Origin: a virus
Taxonomy: Duplodnaviria; Caudoviricetes
Length of the DNA: 30,240 bases
IMG/VR virus record: IMGVR_UViG_3300033076_000936
Span: 1-30,240 of that record
Direction: 5' to 3' (one strand)
The notes beneath the pieces are model-generated. The model was not told where the DNA came from. It worked only from the letters and a program-made list of their open reading frames with translations, and searched no databases. Positions 1-7,568 of the stretch are shown here, in pieces. Both the position numbers and the translations under genes were made by a program. Position 1 is the stretch's first letter; every line of letters starts with the position of its first letter.

Positions 1-1
1 T

Positions 2-379
2 AGAAACCAAGGTTTGTCTTCATTGACAGCTTTGATAAACACTATGAGTGGTTTAACTATAAATGGTGCTCTTACTGTTACTGGTGCAACAGCATTGAAT
101 GGTGCGATTACATCAACTGCATTGACAGGAACTACTGATAGAATGATGGAAGTAAGTTCTGGCGGTACGGTTAGTGCATCAAGACAAATTATTTCAGCTT
201 ATTTAACATCAGGTGGTACAGTTGCAAACTTACTTGAAAATACAGCCAATTGGGATATTGATGGAAATTATATCGGTACAGCAATTACTGGTACTTATCA
301 AGGTCAAAAACATTATAACGGAAACTACTTATTTGAGGCAGTTGCTGATAACTTATTTATAAGATTAATTAGAGGATAA
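2..379 (+). CDS. C-terminal part of a tail fibre-like structural protein (5' truncated by the window)
   Basis: The frame is open from base 2, so the TTG start at 14 is probably not the real start. The sequence is T/G-rich (LTINGALTVTGATALNG) like the neighbouring fibre. Its TAA overlaps the next ATG (TAATG, 377-381). Confidence 0.6.
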   Translation, partial: RNQGLSSLTALINTMSGLTINGALTVTGATALNGAITSTALTGTTDRMMEVSSGGTVSASRQIISAYLTSGGTVANLLENTANWDIDGNYIGTAITGTYQGQKHYNGNYLFEAVADNLFIRLIRG

Positions 380-1116
380 TGATTTTAACATTTAATTCTA
401 ATATATTATCGTTTAATAATCGATTGCTAGATTACCCAATTGTTTCAGGTTCTTCTGGACCTTCTGGAACTTTGGTTACAACTGCAACCTTGAATAATGC
501 GACAATTGTTGCGCAAAGTCCTTTTAGCGGACCTTTATCTGGTAACTCTTATTCAGTGACTGGTTCTTCAACATCGTATTTGAGTGTTGCTGGCCAAGCT
601 GGATTTGCTATGGGTACTGGTGATTTTACAGTTGAATGGTTCCAATATGAAACAGACGCAAACAATTTTCCTAGAATATTTTGGTATGGTTCTGGACCAA
701 GTTTGGGTATGAGTTTGGAGGGAAGTTACTTCTTCTGGCCAGGTGCAACAAATCTAGGTACCAAAGGTACAATCACAAATGCTTGGCATCATTTTGCTTT
801 GGTTAAAATAAGTAGCAAACTATATTTTTATAAAGATGGAACATTGGTTTCTACAGTTGGTGGTGTTGCAAATAGTACAAACGTAACGGATACAACTTCA
901 AACTTTATAATAGGTGCTAAAGTAGGTGGTTTAGCAACAGAACAATTTGGTGGTTATATAACCAACTTTAGAGTTGTTAAAGCTTTAGGTGTTTACACTG
1001 GAAACTTTACGGTACCAACTGGTGTTTTAACTGCTGTTGCATCTGCCAACCCTTACGGTGGTAGCAATACATCAGCTATTCCTAGTGGATATACAAAATT
1101 ATTACTAACACCTTAA
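379..1116 (+). CDS. LamG/concanavalin A-like lectin domain virion protein
   Basis: Carries the motifs GTGDFTVEWF, WHHFALVK, LYFYKDG and GYITNFRVVKALGVYTGNFTVPT, typical of Laminin_G_3 domains in phage tail proteins. TATTTATA lies at 354-361. Confidence 0.8.
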   Translation: MILTFNSNILSFNNRLLDYPIVSGSSGPSGTLVTTATLNNATIVAQSPFSGPLSGNSYSVTGSSTSYLSVAGQAGFAMGTGDFTVEWFQYETDANNFPRIFWYGSGPSLGMSLEGSYFFWPGATNLGTKGTITNAWHHFALVKISSKLYFYKDGTLVSTVGGVANSTNVTDTTSNFIIGAKVGGLATEQFGGYITNFRVVKALGVYTGNFTVPTGVLTAVASANPYGGSNTSAIPSGYTKLLLTP

Positions 1117-1142
1117 AATTAAAAAGAAAATATTTATAATAT

Positions 1143-4079
1143 ATGGCTACTAAAAATATAAATGCTGAAAAAATACAAGGTAATTTATCGATTACTTCGG
1201 TTTCGGCTACAACAATATCAGCTACTACTTATTATGGTTTACCAACAGATATTCGTATTACAGGTGGTACTTATTCAAATGGTACAACAACATTTACGAA
1301 TAATACTGGCGGTACGTTTACGGTTAGTGGATTTTATACTGGTGCTACTGATGTTTATGTTACTGGAGGAACATACTCAAATGGAACGGCTACATTCAGA
1401 AACAATACAGGTGGTACATTTACTGTTACTGGTTTGGCAATACAAGGTATTACTGGAGCGACAAATGGTAGTGGTATTAGTACTTCTATAACTAATAATA
1501 ACCTTACAATTACCAATACTCAGGTTCAAGGATTGACTGGGTTAACAGCGAATAACGGTATTTCGGCAACAACATCTAATAATGTAACAACAATAGGTTT
1601 TAGTGGTGGTACCATTAATAATTCTATTAATTTCACAAATGGTTTAACTGCTAATACAATTAGTGCAACCACATATCAAAATTTACCTTTAGATATACGT
1701 GTAACTGGAGGTACTTATAGTAATGGTTCAGCTATATTTACCAACAATACAGGTGGCACTTTTACGGTAAATGGTTTTTATACAGGGACTACAGACGTAT
1801 TCGTTACTGGCGGTACCTACTCTAATGGTACTGCTACCTTTAGAAATAATACAGGTGGTACATTTAGTGTAACTGGGTTATACACAGGTGCTACTGATGT
1901 TTATGTTACTGGCGGTACGTTTAATCCAAACACTAGCACTGTTACATTTACAAATAATACAGGTGGTACATTCACAGTTAGTGGAATTAATATTTATGCT
2001 TTTAGTGGTGGTACAGTAACTGGAGCAACAACTTTTACCAATGGTTTATTGAGCAACAGTATTAGTGCGACAACATATTTAAACACACCTTATTGGACAT
2101 CAGGTTCAACTGGAATTTATTCAATAAAAGCTAAAAATAACACGTTGGTTGATGCGACTGGAAACTATTCGGTTGCTGAAGGTTGGGACTCTAAAGCTAG
2201 CGGTCCAGCAACACATGCTGAAGGTCGTGCCACAACAGCTAGTGGCGATTATGCTCATTCTGAAGGTTATTTAACAACTGCATCTAATAATTATTCACAT
2301 GCTGAAGGTCAAAGTTCAACAGCTAATGGCGTTGCATCACATGCTGAAGGTTATTCAACAACTGCAAGTGCTAACTATAGTCATGTTGAGGGTCAAAACA
2401 CAACAGCTATTGGTATAGCATCTCATGCTGAAGGTTATTATAACATAGCCAATGCTGATTATTCTCATGCTGAAGGTTCTAATACATTGGCTAGCGGTCA
2501 ATCATCACATAGTGAAGGTACTGCAACACAAGCTTTAGGGCTTTATTCACATGCTGAAGGTAGCACTACAGTTGCTGGTGGAAATGCAAGTCATGCTGAA
2601 AATCAAGAGACACAAGCTCAAGGTAATTATAGCCATGCTGAAGGAAATCAAACAACAGCTATAGGCACAGCATCACATGGTGAAGGTATTCGATTAAGCA
2701 AGGATTCTTATCACTATGTTAATGGTGAAGGTTCTCATATTGAAGGTTCAAATCAAATATCATATAGTGATTACAACCACGTTGAAGGCACCAACAATTT
2801 GATTACAGGTATTGGTAGCCATGTTGAAGGTTACAATAATATTGGTGGTGCATCATACATATACCCAATAACTTTTTTTGATGGAAATGCAGTAATAAGA
2901 GTTAATGGTGATGTTACAAGTATTTTTACTAGTGGAGTGTTTATTGCACTTATTGATAGTGTTGGTGAATCTGTAGGTTCTGTTACAAGGTATTTTACGC
3001 CTAATAGAATTAACAGTAGTAGTTATGATATTGGTGGGGATTATACTAATATTGATATGGCTGACCCATATACATTTTTATCTAGTCCATCATATGTTGT
3101 TAGTCTTGATAGCGGAATAAATGATTTTGTACATGTTGAAGGTGTTAGTAATACAGCCAACGGTAAAGCTAGCCATGTTGGTGGATATCAATCTTTAGCA
3201 AGCGGAGAATATAGTTTTGTGCATGGTTCTGGTTCTACAGCTAGTACACAAAACACAATTGTATTGGGTAGCGGTTTAATTGGTACTGCTGCTAATACGG
3301 TTTATGTACCATATTTCAATATAAAATATTTGAGTGGTGGTACTAGCGTAAATAACTTGGGCATTGACGCTGATGGTTATGTTGTAATAGGTTCTGCTGG
3401 TGGTGGAGGTACATTTACTGGTGGTACTATAACTGGTCCAACTGTATTCACAGCTGGTTTATCAGCAAATACAATTAGTGCAACAACGTATTATAATTTA
3501 CCATCTTCAACATTTACAGGTGGTACGATAACAGGTCCAACTGTATTTACTGGTGGATTAAGTGCTAACACAATATCAGCAACGACTTACAGTAATTTAC
3601 CAGTAAAAGATATTTTTGGCGGTCAAAATATTAGAGTTACTCCATCAAATGGTGTTTATACAATTGCATTTAGTGGTGGTACTGTAACTGGGGCGACAAT
3701 ATTTAATAATGGTTTAAATGCGAACACTATAAGTGCTACTACGTATCAAAACCTTCCTGTAAGTGGTTTAACTCAAGGTGCTAATATCACCATAACAAAC
3801 AATGGTTTAGGTAATTATACCATATCATCAACTGGTGGTGGTGGCGGTGGAACATTTGATGGTGGTACTGTTACTGGTGATACAATCTTTACTTCTAATG
3901 TAAGTGCTAGTACATTAACACTTACTACTCAGCCAGCTGTTGATTTGAATAATAGTCAAACACTTTTATCTAGAGATTCAACAACTGGTGCGGTTGAAAT
4001 TGTTTATGTAAGTGCAATAACATCAACATTTAACTACGGAACTGGGTTTGCAATAGCCAACTCAGTATATTTAACATAA
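1143..4079 (+). CDS. Tail fibre / adhesin (978 aa) with TGGTY repeats and a YadA-head-like 14-aa SHAEG beta-roll
   Basis: Contains five D-x-x-(V/I)TGGT(Y/F)...F-x-NNTGGTF(T/S)V repeats, about seven (T/S)ISATTY-x-x-LP-like motifs, 16 tandem SHAEG-type 14-mers and about 3 more after an insert. Confidence 0.8.
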   Translation: MATKNINAEKIQGNLSITSVSATTISATTYYGLPTDIRITGGTYSNGTTTFTNNTGGTFTVSGFYTGATDVYVTGGTYSNGTATFRNNTGGTFTVTGLAIQGITGATNGSGISTSITNNNLTITNTQVQGLTGLTANNGISATTSNNVTTIGFSGGTINNSINFTNGLTANTISATTYQNLPLDIRVTGGTYSNGSAIFTNNTGGTFTVNGFYTGTTDVFVTGGTYSNGTATFRNNTGGTFSVTGLYTGATDVYVTGGTFNPNTSTVTFTNNTGGTFTVSGINIYAFSGGTVTGATTFTNGLLSNSISATTYLNTPYWTSGSTGIYSIKAKNNTLVDATGNYSVAEGWDSKASGPATHAEGRATTASGDYAHSEGYLTTASNNYSHAEGQSSTANGVASHAEGYSTTASANYSHVEGQNTTAIGIASHAEGYYNIANADYSHAEGSNTLASGQSSHSEGTATQALGLYSHAEGSTTVAGGNASHAENQETQAQGNYSHAEGNQTTAIGTASHGEGIRLSKDSYHYVNGEGSHIEGSNQISYSDYNHVEGTNNLITGIGSHVEGYNNIGGASYIYPITFFDGNAVIRVNGDVTSIFTSGVFIALIDSVGESVGSVTRYFTPNRINSSSYDIGGDYTNIDMADPYTFLSSPSYVVSLDSGINDFVHVEGVSNTANGKASHVGGYQSLASGEYSFVHGSGSTASTQNTIVLGSGLIGTAANTVYVPYFNIKYLSGGTSVNNLGIDADGYVVIGSAGGGGTFTGGTITGPTVFTAGLSANTISATTYYNLPSSTFTGGTITGPTVFTGGLSANTISATTYSNLPVKDIFGGQNIRVTPSNGVYTIAFSGGTVTGATIFNNGLNANTISATTYQNLPVSGLTQGANITITNNGLGNYTISSTGGGGGGTFDGGTVTGDTIFTSNVSASTLTLTTQPAVDLNNSQTLLSRDSTTGAVEIVYVSAITSTFNYGTGFAIANSVYLT
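2166..2855 (+). repeat. 42-bp period coding repeat (SHAEG 14-mers)
   Basis: catgctgaagg-like cores recur at 42-nt spacing within the fibre gene. Confidence 0.85.
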
Positions 4080-4095
4080 AAACTAATTAACAATT

Positions 4096-4515
4096 ATGGC
4101 AAATACAACACCTATTTTCACAAAAATTGCTGATATTCAGTGGGCATATTCCGCAAATACGGCTAACACTTCGTATAACATGATATCAGGTACAAGTTAT
4201 TTGATTTTTAGCGCTGATACCACTAGTGGTGGTTATGTTCAAAGGGTTCGTTTCAGACCACTAGGAACCAATGCTTCAGCTACAGTGGCTAGAATTTGGA
4301 TAAATAATGGCGGTTCAACAGCAACACCTACAAACCAAACACTTTGGGATGAAATTACATTACCAACAACTACAGGTTCTCAAACAGCTGCTTTGGCAAC
4401 ATATGAATTACCTTTGAATATACCTTTACCGCCTGGTTATAACTTATACGCTACTTTAGGTACAGCACCCAATGCTGCTGGTTGGGACATAACAGTTATT
4501 GGTGGTAAATATTAA
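4096..4515 (+). CDS. 139-aa beta-rich virion protein, possible fibre-tip adaptor
   Basis: Clean ORF tightly packed between the fibre and the Gly-rich paralogues, with alternating beta-strand patterns. Function is inferred from position only. Confidence 0.55.
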   Translation: MANTTPIFTKIADIQWAYSANTANTSYNMISGTSYLIFSADTTSGGYVQRVRFRPLGTNASATVARIWINNGGSTATPTNQTLWDEITLPTTTGSQTAALATYELPLNIPLPPGYNLYATLGTAPNAAGWDITVIGGKY

Positions 4516-4531
4516 ATTATATTAATGTTTT

Positions 4532-5428
4532 ATGCAAGACGTATTTAGTTTACCTAATAATGACGAAAAAATACAAGTTTTTAAACCAACAAATGGTTTA
4601 TGGGTAATATGGAGCAAACCTAAAAACATAAAGTTTGTACATATATTAACCATGGGCGGTGGTGGTGGCGGTGGTGGTGGTGCATCAAATGCTACTACTG
4701 CTAGAGTAGGCGCTGGTGGTGGTGGTAGCACATCAATCACCAACGGGCTTTTTGTTGCATCAACACTCCCAGATATTCTTTATGTTCAAGTAGGTACTGG
4801 TGGTGCTGGCGGTGCCGCTGGTGGTGGTAATGGTTCTGCTGGTGGTGCTAGTTATGTTTCTATACAACCTAACACTACAACCAACAATGCCGTTGTTTTT
4901 AGTTTAGGTGGTAATGCTGGTGCTGGTTCTGGTGGCGGTGGTGCAGCTGTGACAGTATATAATACAGCAAACGCATTTGTTGGTAACTTAGGTTTTACCA
5001 ATGCCACAGCTAGTGCGGTTGGTTCTGCTGGTGGTGCTAATACTGGCGCTCCAGGAGTTTCACAAACCCAAATTTATATAGTTAGTGCTGGTGCTGGTGG
5101 TGGTGGTGCAGCATTAAATAATACCGTATTAGGTAACGGTGGAAACGTTAATATAGGTGGGCAATATGGGATAGTTTCTGGGGGTATAACTGGTAGCACT
5201 ATAGACGGTGGTATCGGTTATAATCATTGGTCGATTACTAATAATGGTTCACAAACTAACGAAATATTTTTTAGCGGTGGTGCTGGTGGTGCTAGCGGTG
5301 GTGGTGCTCAAGGTGGAAATGGTGGAAATGGTGGATTTGGTTGCGGTGGTGGAGGCGGTGGTGCTGGTAACCCTGGTGGTGTAGGTGGTCGTGGTGGTGA
5401 TGGATTGGTAATAATAACGTGTTTTTAA
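4532..5428 (+). CDS. Glycine-rich tail adhesin-like protein, paralogue 1
   Basis: MQDVFSLPNN start, W-x-KP...GGGGGGGGG core and C-terminal GGRGGDGLVIIT, as in phage Gly-rich (polyglycine II type) domains. Confidence 0.75.
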   Translation: MQDVFSLPNNDEKIQVFKPTNGLWVIWSKPKNIKFVHILTMGGGGGGGGGASNATTARVGAGGGGSTSITNGLFVASTLPDILYVQVGTGGAGGAAGGGNGSAGGASYVSIQPNTTTNNAVVFSLGGNAGAGSGGGGAAVTVYNTANAFVGNLGFTNATASAVGSAGGANTGAPGVSQTQIYIVSAGAGGGGAALNNTVLGNGGNVNIGGQYGIVSGGITGSTIDGGIGYNHWSITNNGSQTNEIFFSGGAGGASGGGAQGGNGGNGGFGCGGGGGGAGNPGGVGGRGGDGLVIITCF

Positions 5429-5437
5429 ACTAATAAA

Positions 5438-6352
5438 ATGCAAGATATATTTAATCTACCAAATAACGAAGAAAACATAAAGGTATTCTATGCGCAAGGG
5501 GACACCAATACATGGCAAGTTTGGTCTAAACCAACCAATGCAAGATTTGTTAGTATTTTTTGTTTAGGTGGTGGCGGTGGTGGCGGTGGTGGCCTATCAG
5601 GTGCCGCTGGTGTTGGTAGGACAGGTGGTGGCGGTGGGTCTGCTAGCCCATATACAAAACTTATGGTTCCAGCCAATATATTACCAGATACTTTATTCAT
5701 TCAAGTCGGTATTGGTGGTGCTGGTGGTGCTGCTTCAGGTAGTGGTGGTGCTGGTGGTATTTCATACGTTAGTATTGCACAAAATACTACGGTTGCAAAT
5801 ATTGTTTTAGCTAGTTCAAATACAGCGCCAGGTGGTGGTACATCAGCTGCTGTTGGTGGTACTGTTGGTACATCTTTTACCCAAGCTAATGGTTATATGA
5901 GCTATTTGGGTTCTTTACAAATAAATGCTGGTATTGCTGGTTCTTCTGGAGGTGCAAACTCTGGTGGTGCCGTAGGTGCTGTAACAGTTGCAAATATAAT
6001 AACTCAAGGTGCTGGTGGTGGTGGTGCAAGTGCTACAAACATAACCGCAAATGGCGCTGCTGTGAATGCTGGTACTGTTTCACCTTTGATTTCTGGTGGT
6101 ACAACAGCTGCCAATGGTCCTATAATAAATGGTATGAGCGGTTGGAACGGTTTTCAACCGTCAATGAACGTTTCAATAGAACAAGCAATGTTTTTTACAG
6201 GTGGTGCTGGTGGAGGTGCATCAAGTGGTACTACTGGTGGAAATGGTGGTGCCGCTGGTTATGGATGTGGCGGTGGAGGTGGAGGTGCTGGAAACCCCGC
6301 TGGAACAGGAGGCCGTGGTGGTAATGGACTCGTTATAATAACAACAATATAA
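5438..6352 (+). CDS. Glycine-rich tail adhesin-like protein, paralogue 2
   Basis: MQDIFNLPNN start, same architecture as paralogue 1, ends GGRGGNGLVIITTI. Confidence 0.75.
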   Translation: MQDIFNLPNNEENIKVFYAQGDTNTWQVWSKPTNARFVSIFCLGGGGGGGGGLSGAAGVGRTGGGGGSASPYTKLMVPANILPDTLFIQVGIGGAGGAASGSGGAGGISYVSIAQNTTVANIVLASSNTAPGGGTSAAVGGTVGTSFTQANGYMSYLGSLQINAGIAGSSGGANSGGAVGAVTVANIITQGAGGGGASATNITANGAAVNAGTVSPLISGGTTAANGPIINGMSGWNGFQPSMNVSIEQAMFFTGGAGGGASSGTTGGNGGAAGYGCGGGGGGAGNPAGTGGRGGNGLVIITTI

Positions 6353-6359
6353 GATTTTT

Positions 6360-7268
6360 ATGCAAGATATTTTTAATTTACCTAATAACGCTGAAAATAC
6401 ACAAGTATTTTATGCACAAGGGGACACCAATACATGGCAGATATGGTCTAAACCTGCAAATACAAAAATGATTAGTTTGTTTTTGTTAGGTGGTGGAGGC
6501 GGTGGAGGTGCTGGACAAACAGGTACCGCTGGTACTGCTAGAGGTGGAGGCGGTGGAGGTGGTAGTACATCATTTACCAAACTAGTAATTCCTTCTATAA
6601 TGGTTCCAGATGTTTTATACGTTAGAGTCGGCTCAGGAGGTATTGGCGGTTTATCTGGAACAACAAACAATGGTGGTTCTGGTGGTTTATCATATGTAGC
6701 AACATCACCAGATACTGGTTTTACAAGTGTTGTTGTCGCTAGCGGTTCAGTTCCAGCTGGTGGTGGTGTGTCTGGTTCAGGTGGTCGTACTGGTGGTTCA
6801 GGTGGAACTGTTTTTGTTGTCAATTCTGGTATGACGAGTGCTTTAGGTTTTTTAACTTCAGCTGCTGGTAGCTCAGGTGGGTCTGGGGGTAACGGTACTA
6901 CTGGTTCTGCGTCTGCTTTAGTTTCAATTGCTGGTGGTGGAGGTGGTGGTGCTGGAACATCTACTGCTGGTGCCGCTGGTGGTAGTACATCTTCGACTGG
7001 ATTATATGCTATTACTTTAGCTGGCGGTGTGACTAACGGTGGTAATGGTAATGATGGTTTAGAATGGTTACAACCATCTATGAATTCATCAGTAAGACAA
7101 CCACTAATGTCTTTGGGTGGTACTGGTGGTGGTAGTATAAACACTGGTACTGGTGGTGTTGGTGGAAATGGTGGATTTGGTGCTGGTGGTGGAGGCGGTG
7201 GTGCTGGAACAACTGGTAGTTCTGGTGGAAATGGTGGAGATGGAATAGTGATTATAACTTGTGTTTAA
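6360..7268 (+). CDS. Glycine-rich tail adhesin-like protein, paralogue 3
   Basis: MQDIFNLPNN start, same architecture, ends GGNGGDGIVIITCV. Confidence 0.75.
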   Translation: MQDIFNLPNNAENTQVFYAQGDTNTWQIWSKPANTKMISLFLLGGGGGGGAGQTGTAGTARGGGGGGGSTSFTKLVIPSIMVPDVLYVRVGSGGIGGLSGTTNNGGSGGLSYVATSPDTGFTSVVVASGSVPAGGGVSGSGGRTGGSGGTVFVVNSGMTSALGFLTSAAGSSGGSGGNGTTGSASALVSIAGGGGGGAGTSTAGAAGGSTSSTGLYAITLAGGVTNGGNGNDGLEWLQPSMNSSVRQPLMSLGGTGGGSINTGTGGVGGNGGFGAGGGGGGAGTTGSSGGNGGDGIVIITCV

Positions 7269-7417
7269 TCTTCACCATATAAATCCTTTTTTGGGGTGCA
7301 TTTTTCACGTATCAACTTCTCAACAAATGAGAACATTTTAAGCCCGTTTTCTTCACAGTATTTCTTTAGAAGCTCGTGAGTCTTCGTGGTGATTTTGATG
7401 TTTTTATCCCTTTTCAT
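7265..7417 (-). CDS. 50-aa ribbon-helix-helix-like DNA-binding protein (absent from the ORF track)
   Basis: Manual translation: MKRDKNIKITTKTHELLKKYCEENGLKMFSFVEKLIREKCTPKKDLYGED*. It shows a beta strand (KNIKI), a helix, a Gly turn and a second amphipathic helix, as in Arc/CopG/MetJ. Its stop overlaps the convergent stop (TTAA, 7265-7268). Confidence 0.75.
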   Translation of the reverse strand: MKRDKNIKITTKTHELLKKYCEENGLKMFSFVEKLIREKCTPKKDLYGED

Positions 7418-7432
7418 AAGGCTTTTTTAGAT

Positions 7433-7464
7433 AAGTATGACAAAAGTATGAAAAAAATCATACT
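7433..7464. promoter_or_regulatory. Putative operator: AAGTATGA direct repeats plus an inverted copy
   Basis: AAGTATGA at 7433-7440 and 7444-7451 (11-bp period) and TCATACT at 7458-7464, in the divergent spacer between the RHH-like gene and the sheath gene. Confidence 0.6.
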
Positions 7465-7512
7465 AAATAAAATATATCTTTTTGTTTAAACCGACTTTTG
7501 AAGAAAAGTGAA

Positions 7513-7520
7513 TATTTATA
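7513..7520 (+). promoter_or_regulatory. Putative phage late promoter motif TATTTATA (sheath)
   Basis: The same octamer lies upstream of genes at 354, 1131, 10430, 13234, 13272, 15572 and 18992, with TATTTATC at 13982. Confidence 0.7.
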
Positions 7521-7568
7521 ATAAACTAATCAACAAAGTAAATAATAACCCTAAAATAAACAAAAAAT

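Noticed and set aside
4522-7144. Pro-rich minus-strand ORFs (4522-4743, 5488-5700, 6410-7144) and other alternate-frame ORFs in the Gly-rich genes
   Set aside because: They are shadows of GGT/GGC codon runs in the real + strand genes and have no independent signals.
1143-7268. Diversity-generating retroelement or invertible cassette acting on the adhesins
   Set aside because: No reverse transcriptase or recombinase, no repeat pair differing only at adenines, and no inverted gene segments were seen.
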